From: a virus
Taxonomy: Duplodnaviria; Heunggongvirae; Uroviricota; Caudoviricetes
Virus record (IMG/VR): IMGVR_UViG_3300018065_000012
Length of the DNA: 64,000 nucleotides
Direction: 5' to 3' (one strand)
Shown: in pieces, positions 16,894 through 26,009 of the stretch
How positions within the stretch are numbered: position 1 is the stretch's first letter
How the letters are laid out: each line of letters begins with the position of its first letter
Notes under the pieces: model-generated
What the model was told of the DNA's origin: nothing
Database searches by the model: none
The model's input: the letters and a program-made list of their open reading frames with translations, nothing else
Translations under genes and position numbers: made by a program

Positions 16894-17601
16894 ATGATAA
16901 TGCCCCGCCAGACTCCGTTCCCGGAAGAAATTGATCGGGCTTTGGAATTTGACCCATTGGATACGGTTGAAAAGATCACGGGCAGCTTGGACACTCCCGA
17001 AGGAAGAGGTTTGAGCTTTATTGCTGTAGCGACTTCAGCCGCTGAAAAGCGAAAGCTGCTGTCCAGAAACGATGATTTGTATTACGGCATCAAACTCAAA
17101 GACGCCGAAAGGGTTCTTGAGTCAATGGGTTTTCAGGTTGTCTACAAAGAAGAATTCGAGTGCGAGAACGTACAAGAAGTTTTGGTTGCCAGTTGGCAAG
17201 CGCAGCTTGGAATTCTTTTCGTTTATTCTTCCTTTGCTGAAAGTGGTTTCAACGGGGGAAATTTTTACGCTGCGTGGAAGCCAAACGATTTGATGACATA
17301 TCATTCTTGTACTTCTTCCGGCCAGTTTTACAGGCCAGCAGATATGTCTTGGGAAGATGCGGATGAATACATAAAGAAGAATCCACTTTGGATTGGCGAT
17401 TGGCATTTTGAAGCCGCAAGACATCATATTGAAAAACTCCTCCGAAGGGGTGAATTTGTAATTCAGCGTCCGGAAAAGCAGCGGATTTGGTTGGTCAATT
17501 ATTCAACGGCGCGGATTTTGGAGTATGGTCAATTCGATGCGGTGATTGATGCTAACCTTGCAAAACTGCCTGACGAAGTTAGAAAGGCATTGTGCGTATG
17601 A
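16894..17601 (+). CDS. hypothetical 235-aa protein
   Basis: ggagga SD. Confidence 0.6.
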   Translation: MIMPRQTPFPEEIDRALEFDPLDTVEKITGSLDTPEGRGLSFIAVATSAAEKRKLLSRNDDLYYGIKLKDAERVLESMGFQVVYKEEFECENVQEVLVASWQAQLGILFVYSSFAESGFNGGNFYAAWKPNDLMTYHSCTSSGQFYRPADMSWEDADEYIKKNPLWIGDWHFEAARHHIEKLLRRGEFVIQRPEKQRIWLVNYSTARILEYGQFDAVIDANLAKLPDEVRKALCV

Positions 17602-18107
17602 AAGACGCGGAAAAGAAAATAAACCGTCATTCGATTTACCTCACGGAAAAAGCCGAGGCGCTTGAAAAGGCGATTGATTTTTTCCTTGGAGCAAAGGGTA
17701 AGAAATCTGCAACCATGCGAAGGCTTGTTTTTCTCGCTCAGATTGATTTTTGGAATTGGGAAATAGATGAGTTGATTTTTTCATTTAGCAACTTCAAGAA
17801 GCGGAAGGAAGTATGGGAATCACGGGCGAGTCTTGAAGACGGTTTGAAAGAACACGGTTTTCTTTTACGCGATAAAGCCAAGTGGAAAGCGCGGTGGTGT
17901 TTTTTTGAAAGTGAATATTTGAAGCAGCGCAAGTTGGAACTCAAAGCCCCTACTGAGGCTTTGGAGCGCGTTATTGAGAAATGGAATCGTCTTTTGGGTT
18001 TGTTGGAAAAGAACGTACTTGTTGATGAAGAGTACGTGAAACAGTACAAAGTAAATGCGAAATGCAATTTGACTTGTTTTAGAAAAGAAAGGCCGTTGGT
18101 TAAGTGA
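17598..18107 (+). CDS. hypothetical protein
   Basis: ATG in overlap with upstream stop. Confidence 0.55.
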   Translation: MKDAEKKINRHSIYLTEKAEALEKAIDFFLGAKGKKSATMRRLVFLAQIDFWNWEIDELIFSFSNFKKRKEVWESRASLEDGLKEHGFLLRDKAKWKARWCFFESEYLKQRKLELKAPTEALERVIEKWNRLLGLLEKNVLVDEEYVKQYKVNAKCNLTCFRKERPLVK

Positions 18108-18412
18108 TTTGCGTACGTTGCGGATATTGTTGTAAAGAACTCTGCGTTATCATCGTTGATGATCCAGAGAAAGGTTTGGACGTTAGTAGTCCTGACTGCC
18201 GGGACAATCTTGTCTATCACGGGGGAAATGGAAAACGTTGCAAGCATTTGAGGGGAGACAAAGCCGGAGAATACAGTTGCGCGATTCACGATGAACCGTG
18301 GTACAAAGATACGCCATGCTATTCTCACAGTCAAATAGAACGTTCGCCCGATGATGTTTGTCGCATGGGTGAATACATTTTGAGACAAGAAAATGCAAGT
18401 GCGAATACATAA
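18104..18412 (+). CDS. YkgJ-like CxxCxxCC metal-chelating domain protein (VICVRCGYCC)
   Basis: CxxCGxCC signature; GTG start. Confidence 0.5.
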   Translation: MICVRCGYCCKELCVIIVDDPEKGLDVSSPDCRDNLVYHGGNGKRCKHLRGDKAGEYSCAIHDEPWYKDTPCYSHSQIERSPDDVCRMGEYILRQENASANT

Positions 18413-18605
18413 AAGAGTTTGTGTGAGATGCCATCTGTGTCAAGTTGCTTCAAACAACTTGACAAAAATCAAATACAAAACCTTTTGGATTTGCAAAGTT
18501 CTTAAAGGCGCTTGGGTTGATGAAGAAACTTCGGTGCCGGAAAGATGTCCATACAGGCTCGAACATACGGTAATGGGGGAATCATATGGGGCGCGGTATA
18601 GTTAA
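18393..18605 (+). CDS. possible small Cys-rich protein
   Basis: 70-aa ORF, CxxC pairs. Confidence 0.35.
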   Translation: MQVRIHKRVCVRCHLCQVASNNLTKIKYKTFWICKVLKGAWVDEETSVPERCPYRLEHTVMGESYGARYS

Positions 18606-18936
18606 GTTCACGCATGAAGGCGTTGACTATTTTTGCGAATGGTCAACGGTTGTTGACGCTCCCGTTACCTATTTGCTGACGCTGAAGGAACTGAAAGCGT
18701 ATTACAAAGAGGAATATGGCCGTTACGGGATGCGTGGTTTCAAACTTCGCATGGAACGTGTTATGGAAAAAGGAACGTCCTTTCATATGGACGCTTCTAT
18801 GGAAGAAACTATCAGTTGTAATCGTGCTGGCGATAAAGAAAAACGTTTGACGGCGAAGCAGATCATCAAGAAATATCGTTTGGATATTTTGGAGGAGATG
18901 AATGCCAAAGAAAGGGGACTACCAGATTCCATTTGA
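18586..18936 (+). CDS. hypothetical protein
   Basis: gggggaa SD. Confidence 0.55.
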   Translation: MGRGIVKFTHEGVDYFCEWSTVVDAPVTYLLTLKELKAYYKEEYGRYGMRGFKLRMERVMEKGTSFHMDASMEETISCNRAGDKEKRLTAKQIIKKYRLDILEEMNAKERGLPDSI

Positions 18937-19240
18937 CGAAGATGGAAACCAAATGCACTATGCTGATACGTCCATTTGGAAAGCGAAGGAATGGCGGGAC
19001 AATTGCAAGTTTGAAGATTGCTTGGAGTATATGACTTATTGTCGTGGAAGGAGCGCGACGTATTTCGAGTTTCAGGGAGTTGATATGGATAGGAAGTACA
19101 CGATGTTCTTGAAGGAGTTTGATGCAATAGTCAAAAAGCTTGATAACGGAATGTTGAGCGGCACTTGGACGTTTATCAAGCGTGGGACAAATTACGGGGT
19201 CAAGTTGGTTGAACCGTTTTATTTAACGGAGATTAATTAA
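18902..19240 (+). CDS. hypothetical protein
   Basis: ggagg SD 6 nt upstream. Confidence 0.55.
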   Translation: MPKKGDYQIPFDEDGNQMHYADTSIWKAKEWRDNCKFEDCLEYMTYCRGRSATYFEFQGVDMDRKYTMFLKEFDAIVKKLDNGMLSGTWTFIKRGTNYGVKLVEPFYLTEIN

Positions 19241-19242
19241 CG

Positions 19243-19353
19243 ATGAGAAATCAGGAACCGAGAGAAGACGACGCAGTTGCTCTTGGATTGGGAAGCTTTA
19301 TTGCTATTGGAGTGGTGGCTGGACTTGCCGCCAAAGCGTTGCGAGATTATTGA
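19243..19353 (+). CDS. possible 36-aa hydrophobic peptide (MRNQEPREDDAVALGLGSFIAIGVVAGLAAKALRDY)
   Basis: Unlisted ORF in gap; single TM-like segment. Confidence 0.3.
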   Translation: MRNQEPREDDAVALGLGSFIAIGVVAGLAAKALRDY

Positions 19354-19397
19354 AGGAGGGTTGCTGCTCTGGACTTCCCGCAGGAAGGTAGGTTGAT

Positions 19398-19685
19398 ATG
19401 TCTTTGAAAGAAACAGCAAACTACATTGTCGTTCGTGAAGTGCGTTCAGACATGATTGGCGGAGCAGAGGGTGACGTCAAAACTGCTAATCCGAATTATC
19501 AATTCGCGGTTCAGCAGGTTCTCGTCAAAGAGAACGACGGCAGCAAATGGGAAGCCATTCGTTTCACCTATTACAAGGATGGAAATATGGTTGCCCGGCC
19601 CCCTGTGTTCGACCACGAAGTTGTTCTGAAGACTATCGGAATGGCTGTAAGCGCTGGCATTCTCGTCGGCCTCAAAATAGTTTGA
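19398..19685 (+). CDS. hypothetical protein with C-terminal hydrophobic tail
   Basis: 95-aa ORF. Confidence 0.5.
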   Translation: MSLKETANYIVVREVRSDMIGGAEGDVKTANPNYQFAVQQVLVKENDGSKWEAIRFTYYKDGNMVARPPVFDHEVVLKTIGMAVSAGILVGLKIV

Positions 19686-19760
19686 GGACGTTGGAACGCC
19701 GGATTGACTGACTTTTGAAGCGGATTGTTTGGAGCAGCAACCTGAATTTGAAGGTGACAA

Positions 19761-20648
19761 ATGAAAGTTGATTTGCGCAAGTTAGCTGATAAGAAATTGA
19801 TCCATCCACCGGGGTTTGTGATCAGCAATACTCATTACTTGACGATGATGGGTAGCATCGCTTATGGATGTCATTCTGATTCAAGTGATGTGGACCTTTA
19901 CGGGTTTTGTATCCCGCCCAAGCATATGATCTTTCCGCACATTGCTGGGTATATTCCCAATTTTGGAACGCAGCCGGAGAAATTCAATCAGTGGCAAGAG
20001 CACGGGGTCAAAGACAAAGAGCAAAATACAGAGTTTGACTTTCAGATTTTCAGTATCATCAAGTACTTCAATTTGTTGATGAACAATAACCCAAACGTCA
20101 TTGACTCTTTGTTTGTGCCGCAACGCTGTATCTTGCATTGTACGCAGGTTGGAAGCATCGTGCGGGAGAAACGGAAAATATTCTTGCACAAAGGCAGCTG
20201 GCACCGCTTCAAAAACTACGCTGGCTCGCAGCTCAAGAAGGCGAAGAACAAAGAACCAGAAGGCAAGCGGAAAGAACTCGTAGACAAATACGGATTTGAT
20301 ACGAAGTTTTGTTACAACATCGTCAGGCTGCTTGACGAAATCGAACAGATCATGGCGGAAGGCGATATCAACCTTGAACGCAATCGCGAGCAGCTCAAGG
20401 AAATTCGCCGTGGCGAGTGGTCGTTAGAGCGGATTGAAGAATGGTATGCGACAAAAGAAAAGGATTTGGAGTCGCTTTACACACGTTCCAAGCTTCAGCA
20501 GTTGCCGGATGAAGAGGCAATCAAAGAATTGCTCATGGACTGTCTCGAACATCATTACGGGTCGTTGTCTGAGGCAGTGGTTTCAGAAGGCAAATTGATG
20601 CGTTACATGCGCAGGATTAAGGAACTTTGTGAAAAAGCGGGTGCGTGA
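19761..20648 (+). CDS. Pol-beta superfamily nucleotidyltransferase-fold protein
   Basis: GS-x10-DVDL motif (MMGSIAYGCHSDSSDVDLYGF). Confidence 0.55.
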   Translation: MKVDLRKLADKKLIHPPGFVISNTHYLTMMGSIAYGCHSDSSDVDLYGFCIPPKHMIFPHIAGYIPNFGTQPEKFNQWQEHGVKDKEQNTEFDFQIFSIIKYFNLLMNNNPNVIDSLFVPQRCILHCTQVGSIVREKRKIFLHKGSWHRFKNYAGSQLKKAKNKEPEGKRKELVDKYGFDTKFCYNIVRLLDEIEQIMAEGDINLERNREQLKEIRRGEWSLERIEEWYATKEKDLESLYTRSKLQQLPDEEAIKELLMDCLEHHYGSLSEAVVSEGKLMRYMRRIKELCEKAGA

Positions 20649-20848
20649 TGAGTGAAATGAAATGTGCTGAATGCGGAGAAGTTACTCCAGCGAATGCGCT
20701 TTTTGAAGACTATGTTTGTCAAGAGTGTGGTTTTCGTCTTTGTGCTACATGTTACGAATATCCTGACAATCCTAAAAAATGGGATGAAGATTTAACGCTT
20801 TGTCCATGTTGTGTTGAAGAAATTAAAAGGAAGGTACATGATGAATAG
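20645..20848 (+). CDS. small zinc-ribbon protein (CAEC...CQEC...CATC...CPCC)
   Basis: Four Cys pairs in 67 aa. Confidence 0.5.
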   Translation: MMSEMKCAECGEVTPANALFEDYVCQECGFRLCATCYEYPDNPKKWDEDLTLCPCCVEEIKRKVHDE

Positions 20849-21146
20849 GAAAATAAGAACAGGTTCGCTCCATGACGTGAAGTGGATTGTTGAGCGCGTA
20901 GAAAGAGCATGTCCCAAAAAGGAGGCTCTTTCTATTTTGAACGAGCTTCGATCTGAAATCGACGAGCACATCGAAAGGGTTGGGGAAAAGAAAATCCGAA
21001 AAGGCGCACCAATGCATTTTCGAGCCGACCCTCAATGGCCCGCTGCCGCATGCAGTTATTTCGTTAATGGAGATAACGCGACAACGGTAAGAAAGAACGT
21101 GACATGCAAAAAGTGTCTCCGTTTGTTTGCAGAAGGAAGGGCATGA
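20838..21146 (+). CDS. hypothetical protein
   Basis: aaggaagg SD; ORF table start is TTG further upstream. Confidence 0.5.
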   Translation: MMNRKIRTGSLHDVKWIVERVERACPKKEALSILNELRSEIDEHIERVGEKKIRKGAPMHFRADPQWPAAACSYFVNGDNATTVRKNVTCKKCLRLFAEGRA

Positions 21147-21592
21147 TGGAAGTCATTCACAACAAACCAATTGAGTATTTCGGGATGATGGTACAACCGA
21201 ATGAATACACCATACTCCATTGCGGAGAGTTTTGCGATGACCCATGGAATTTGGCGGTTGATCTTGATACCGTTTATTACCGGCTTTCCAGCAAGGAAGC
21301 AGAAAAGCATTACAAGGATTTGATTGCTTATTACTCAAACGATAATGAAAAGATATGGCCCAACGGAGATGGAATCGTTGCTTTTGGTTTGTACCATCTT
21401 GAAGGCGGTGAAACTCTTTTGGTTTGCATTGATCATGATGGTGGAGTTTTTGCTGATGAACCGTTTGAAGGGGCTGGAATTCCAGCGCCAATAAACGCGG
21501 CATTCCTTTGCCACGCTTCCAAACCGAAAGCAGAGGACGATGAATCGGGATTTTTCAAAGACCTAATCCATTTATTCAAAGGTTGGGAGTGA
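21143..21592 (+). CDS. hypothetical protein
   Basis: aaggaagg SD. Confidence 0.5.
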   Translation: MMEVIHNKPIEYFGMMVQPNEYTILHCGEFCDDPWNLAVDLDTVYYRLSSKEAEKHYKDLIAYYSNDNEKIWPNGDGIVAFGLYHLEGGETLLVCIDHDGGVFADEPFEGAGIPAPINAAFLCHASKPKAEDDESGFFKDLIHLFKGWE

Positions 21593-21611
21593 ACGATGTC
21601 GGTGAGGCTCG

Positions 21612-21860
21612 TTGAAGCAATGTGTCATGGTTGGGCTTTTGGGCCTATCAAAAGGGCTACTGCGCCTACTTCGCGGCATTCTCTTTGGGCGAAGAAACCA
21701 AACTGTGATGAATGGCAAGTTCATAAAGTTCCCGCCGATGCTGGCAGGTGGCTGGACGCTTTACTTGATGAAGCGGGAGTACCGGATTGATCTGTCGACG
21801 GTGCAGGAGGCGCGAAACGTTCGACGCCAACTCAACCGGATGAAATTGTTGGAGAACTGA
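21612..21860 (+). CDS. hypothetical small protein (alternative frame 21596..21790 cannot be excluded)
   Basis: Ends immediately before next gene. Confidence 0.3.
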   Translation: MKQCVMVGLLGLSKGLLRLLRGILFGRRNQTVMNGKFIKFPPMLAGGWTLYLMKREYRIDLSTVQEARNVRRQLNRMKLLEN

Positions 21861-21861
21861 A

Positions 21862-22110
21862 ATGGAAGACCCTTGTAATATGAAAGAAACGTTAGAAGCA
21901 TACGCATCGGCAATTGAAAATGGGTTAGTCGCTCCGGAAGAAGTTGAAAAGGTTCTGAAAGCAGACTTCTCAATGGAAGCAATAGAAAGGCGTAAAAGAT
22001 TTCGCACGCGAGTCAAAAAGGAAATGAAGCATACGCAAAACATTATATTGCCCGATGGTTCTATAATCGCTGTAAAGACAAACAAGAAACCAGAAGGAAG
22101 CGAAGAATGA
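21862..22110 (+). CDS. hypothetical protein
   Basis: ggag SD. Confidence 0.5.
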   Translation: MEDPCNMKETLEAYASAIENGLVAPEEVEKVLKADFSMEAIERRKRFRTRVKKEMKHTQNIILPDGSIIAVKTNKKPEGSEE

Positions 22111-22265
22111 AGTATTCAGTTTCTGTCAATGTCAAAATGATAGTCAACATTGATGCCGAGAATCCAACCGAAGCAGAAGACAAGGCTATTGATTCTGTTG
22201 TAGGAAAAAGAATTGAAGTCAAAAGAGAGGATACTTCAGCGATATGGATGAAACAAGAAAACTGA
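22107..22265 (+). CDS. possible 52-aa protein
   Basis: ATGA overlap with upstream stop. Confidence 0.35.
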   Translation: MKYSVSVNVKMIVNIDAENPTEAEDKAIDSVVGKRIEVKREDTSAIWMKQEN

Positions 22266-22693
22266 GTGCAGTATTGTTGATAGTGGTTTCGTCGTGCTCT
22301 TTAATCGAAGCACGCGGGAGAGAAAAATCATTGTCCGTTGAAGAACATACTCAACGGGCTGAAAAATATCTTGAGAAAAAGAATTGGTGGAAAACACTTT
22401 GGCATTACAACAAAGCGTGGGAAAAACTTTTGAAGGTTGAAAAGAAAGATGAAGCTGAAACGCTTGTGAAGAAAATGAACAAAGTATTTTGGCAAGCAAT
22501 TGAATACAAGATTGAAAACAAGGAGATAACAAATCAAACAGGCGCATTGACGTTCTTGAACAGCAGGATTGCAAAGCGTCAAAAGAAAAAGCTTGACTGT
22601 AAACAGGAATTGGAGATAAAGAAAAAGCTTGAAAACAAAGAGAATGAAAGCGCATTGGAACAGGTCAAGAAAATCTTGAAGGAACTGGAGTGA
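22244..22693 (+). CDS. putative lipoprotein with coiled-coil body (signal peptide + lipobox VVSSC)
   Basis: N-terminal K/R then hydrophobic run then VSSC. Confidence 0.5.
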   Translation: MDETRKLSAVLLIVVSSCSLIEARGREKSLSVEEHTQRAEKYLEKKNWWKTLWHYNKAWEKLLKVEKKDEAETLVKKMNKVFWQAIEYKIENKEITNQTGALTFLNSRIAKRQKKKLDCKQELEIKKKLENKENESALEQVKKILKELE

Positions 22694-23304
22694 TGTTTTT
22701 CATTGGCGACATTCACGGCGAATTTAATACCTACGAAGGTATTATCAAGAAATTGCCGTATTCAATTCAGCTTGGAGATATGGGCGTTGGTTTCGATAGG
22801 CGTGGCGAAGAAATTCTTGCTACACCGTCGCCTCATAAATTCATTCGCGGGAATCACGATGATCCGACGGGTTGCGAAACGTATCCGAATTACTTGGGTA
22901 ATTTTGGGAGCGCCCAACTCAATAAAGAAGTCTGGTTTTTCGTGAGCGGTGCTTATTCCATTGACAAAGACCGGCGTATTCCCGGCGTGAGTTGGTGGAA
23001 AGGCGAAGAGCTTACCTACAGTCAGTTTTCAGATTGCCTTGAGCTTTACGAGGCCAATAGGCCAGATTTCGTTGCTACGCACGAATGCCCGGCGAAAGTA
23101 CTTGGACAGATACGGGCATGTACTTCAGACCATCTGAATCCAACTACGAAGGCGTTTCAGATGATGTTTGAAATTCATCAACCGAAGCTTTGGGTATTTG
23201 CGCATCATCATTATGACAAGGAATTTGATTTTCACGGAACGCACTTCGTTTTGGTGGGGACCAACAGTGTTTTTGATTCGAGCAAATTTTTCACGCAAAA
23301 ATGA
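22690..23304 (+). CDS. calcineurin-like metallophosphoesterase / Ser-Thr phosphatase-like
   Basis: GDIHG, GDMG, RGNHD motifs. Confidence 0.65.
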   Translation: MMFFIGDIHGEFNTYEGIIKKLPYSIQLGDMGVGFDRRGEEILATPSPHKFIRGNHDDPTGCETYPNYLGNFGSAQLNKEVWFFVSGAYSIDKDRRIPGVSWWKGEELTYSQFSDCLELYEANRPDFVATHECPAKVLGQIRACTSDHLNPTTKAFQMMFEIHQPKLWVFAHHHYDKEFDFHGTHFVLVGTNSVFDSSKFFTQK

Positions 23305-23312
23305 GTCGGGAA

Positions 23313-23325
23313 GGTTGTATAATAA
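23313..23325 (+). promoter_or_regulatory. promoter-like motif GGTTGTATAATAA (site C) only 5 nt from the ATG of 23329
   Basis: Same core as 16831, 31699. Confidence 0.4.
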
Positions 23326-23328
23326 AAC

Positions 23329-23973
23329 ATGAACAGGCTACAAAAAGTAGAGACCAAATTGATTCAGCGAAAGGAAGCGTTGCTTCGTTTACAGATCGAA
23401 AACGAGACGTTGGACAAGCAGATCGACGAGCATATACGAAGAATTTCGGATAATATGATCCAGCTTGAGCTTGGGCAAGAGGCTCTGCAATTTCTTGAGG
23501 ATGTCGCAAACTCAAGACGCGGTGAGATGAAAAGCCAAATTGAAAACGTCGTGTCTGAAGCGTTGTCGCTTATTTATGATAACGACTACGGCGTTGAGCT
23601 TGTGTATGATGTTAAGAATAATCGCAGCTTTACAGAAATCAAGCTTTTGAAAAAGACATCGCAAGGAGTTGTACGGCGCACGATGAATGGATTTGGCGGC
23701 GGTGTTAGCGATACGATTTCTGTTCCTTTGCGGTTGCTTGTTTTGTTGGCTTCGCGGCAGACTGACCGTGTTTGTGTTTTGGATGAGCCGTGGAAGCATA
23801 TGGATTTGACTGATCGGATCGATCGTGCTGCTGAATTTATTCATGAAATAGCGCACCGGCTTGATTTGCAAACGGTAATGTGCAGCCATCATGAAGCAAT
23901 GCAGGAAGCGGCTGATGTAGCTTGGCGTTTCTCGGACGACAACGGTACGACTATCGTTGAAAAGATTAAATAG
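23329..23973 (+). CDS. SMC/Rad50/SbcC-like ABC ATPase C-terminal half (coiled coil + signature-like GFGGGVSD + Walker B VLDEP + H-loop SHH); no Walker A
   Basis: Motif order typical of Rad50 C-lobe. Confidence 0.45.
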   Translation: MNRLQKVETKLIQRKEALLRLQIENETLDKQIDEHIRRISDNMIQLELGQEALQFLEDVANSRRGEMKSQIENVVSEALSLIYDNDYGVELVYDVKNNRSFTEIKLLKKTSQGVVRRTMNGFGGGVSDTISVPLRLLVLLASRQTDRVCVLDEPWKHMDLTDRIDRAAEFIHEIAHRLDLQTVMCSHHEAMQEAADVAWRFSDDNGTTIVEKIK

Positions 23974-23984
23974 GGAGATTGAGA

Positions 23985-24479
23985 ATGGCAATCAGGACTG
24001 CTTCTGTGGATGACAAAACAGCAACGCTGATCGACAATGGTGCGCGGCTGGATCAAACGGCGAAGAATGTTGCGTTGGAATTGCAAGGCACAAAAGCAAT
24101 TCTTTGTAATAAGGCCGACTTTGAAGCTGACGAGAAAAGTGTTCGGTTGGAAGGCACAAAAGCTTGTGCGGTGGTATCCAAAAGAATTGCTTATGAATTG
24201 AAGTTGCCTAACGATGAAGCGCAGAAGGAATTTGAAGGTGAACTGTCAAAAGGCAAATTTGCAAACGTCGTCAAGGCAGAAGTGAAGGTCAATGTTTCTA
24301 CAGAGCGGCTTGGGGAGCTTGTCATGCTACTCGATCAAAAGGGTTTTACCTTTGGAAAGAAATTCAAGGTTGATCCGAAGGGTTTCAAAGCATATTGCAA
24401 AGAAGTAGATTCTCCGGAAGTGCTCGCAAATAACGTGAGGGAAGAGGAAACAATGAGCGTGAAATTTGAAATTGAATGA
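23985..24479 (+). CDS. hypothetical protein
   Basis: agggag SD 7 nt upstream. Confidence 0.55.
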   Translation: MAIRTASVDDKTATLIDNGARLDQTAKNVALELQGTKAILCNKADFEADEKSVRLEGTKACAVVSKRIAYELKLPNDEAQKEFEGELSKGKFANVVKAEVKVNVSTERLGELVMLLDQKGFTFGKKFKVDPKGFKAYCKEVDSPEVLANNVREEETMSVKFEIE

Positions 24480-25801
24480 AAGGAAGAAAAATGGCGAGAC
24501 GTAGAGAAAAGAAAATCAATGAACAAGAAAAGACGTACGAAGGTTGTTATGGTCAGCGCGTGAAGTATGATCGACTGCTCTCTTTCATCACGACAAATTT
24601 CGAGCTGAACGACATCAATGAACAAAGTGGTCAGCCGCGTTTTGCCCAGTGTATCTGGGGGCATCCCGGCATCGGGAAAACGGCTTTGGTAAAACAACTC
24701 AAAAACACGCCCGTCGAATGGCGTGGCAAGAAGTATGATGGTTGGGACATCCGCGATGTTCCAATTGCGCAGTTTGAAGAAATGGGCGACCTTCACGGCA
24801 TTCCGATGGACTGCATCCTGATGTACAAAATTGAGGGCAAAGGCCCGGACTCTGAAAGGAAAGAGCAGTGGGTGCCGCAGCGCGAACAGACCGTTGTTGC
24901 CTTCAGGGAAGACGGTTGGCAGATTGATTCCAACGTCACGCCGAGAACGATTATGGCACCGCCTGATTGGGTACCTCTCAAGCCCGGACCTGCCATTTTG
25001 CTTCTGGATGACTTCAACCGCGCCAGCATCCGAATCATCAAGGGCATCATGCAGTTGCTCCAGAACTACGGCATGGTGTCGTGGAAATTGCCTCCCGGTT
25101 GCAATATCGTTTTGACGGGCAACCCTGATGAACAGGATTATCTGGTCACGACAATTGATGCGGCTATTATCACGCGCATCAAACACATCACGCTTCAGGA
25201 AGATGCCAAGCAGTGGGCTGAATGGGCCACGTCGCAGAATCTTGATGCCCGTGGAATTTCGTTTTGTCTCTTTGACCCTGAAATGATGATCGGGAAAGAG
25301 CGCACCAACCCGCGAACGCTGTCTGAGTTTTTCCGGTACATGAAAACCGTTCCAAGCGTTGAAGACCTTGACGGTGGCGGTATCCGCAAAGACGTTTCCG
25401 TTCACGCCCATAGCCTTTTGGACGAAGAAACGGTTGCGGCGTTTTTCGTGTTCTGCACGAGGGATATGGAAGACGTCATTGAACCGGAAGATGTTCTTGA
25501 TGGAAAGAAGAACGTTGCTGACCGCGTAAAGAAATTGATGAAGCGCAAGGAGCCGCGCACGGATATTTTGGGCATCACTTGCGAACGACTTTTTGCTACG
25601 ATGGTTCAGTCTGAAACGGAGCAAACGCCAGCGCGAATCAAAAACTTCCAAAAGTTCGTCACCAACGAAGTTGTTCCTCCGGACATTCGTCACTCATTGT
25701 GCAAACGTCTTTCCAAGCGCACGGAAAACGACGGGCGCAATCAGAAGTGGCTGATTGGGGATGAAAAGCTGCGTGAACAGATTTTGGAGATGCTGCGATG
25801 A
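24476..25801 (+). CDS. MoxR-like AAA+ ATPase
   Basis: Walker A GHPGIGKTALV; Walker B ILLLDDFNRA. Confidence 0.65.
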   Translation: MKGRKMARRREKKINEQEKTYEGCYGQRVKYDRLLSFITTNFELNDINEQSGQPRFAQCIWGHPGIGKTALVKQLKNTPVEWRGKKYDGWDIRDVPIAQFEEMGDLHGIPMDCILMYKIEGKGPDSERKEQWVPQREQTVVAFREDGWQIDSNVTPRTIMAPPDWVPLKPGPAILLLDDFNRASIRIIKGIMQLLQNYGMVSWKLPPGCNIVLTGNPDEQDYLVTTIDAAIITRIKHITLQEDAKQWAEWATSQNLDARGISFCLFDPEMMIGKERTNPRTLSEFFRYMKTVPSVEDLDGGGIRKDVSVHAHSLLDEETVAAFFVFCTRDMEDVIEPEDVLDGKKNVADRVKKLMKRKEPRTDILGITCERLFATMVQSETEQTPARIKNFQKFVTNEVVPPDIRHSLCKRLSKRTENDGRNQKWLIGDEKLREQILEMLR

Positions 25802-25995
25802 GCGAAGGACGTTATCGCTTTGTGGTCGAAGTTTCAAGTTGTTACGAAATTCGCTTGGATGAATACAACGAAGAAAAGGCTCACAAAGAAGCAGTAGAAA
25901 TGTTTAATGAAGATGTGTCTGCAAAACGTCTTCAGTTTAGTACTAACATAATTGAATCCGAAGACTCGCAGACTGGGGACGCTTCGATTCACTAA
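25798..25995 (+). CDS. hypothetical small protein
   Basis: ATGA overlap. Confidence 0.45.
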   Translation: MSEGRYRFVVEVSSCYEIRLDEYNEEKAHKEAVEMFNEDVSAKRLQFSTNIIESEDSQTGDASIH

Positions 25996-26009
25996 TTAGG
26001 GGAAGGGAA

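Noticed and set aside
17738-18388. 216-aa minus-strand ORF; also 32815..33426 (-)
   Set aside because: Overlap well-supported + strand genes. No initiation signals.
21596-21790. Alternative 64-aa ORF in a different frame from 21612..21860
   Set aside because: It leaves a 70-nt gap before the next gene, whereas the chosen frame abuts it. Either could be real, and confidence is low for both.
24335-25693. 452-aa minus-strand ORF
   Set aside because: Fully antisense to the AAA+ ATPase gene, which has clear Walker motifs. No SD or motif support. It is an antisense artefact of codon bias.
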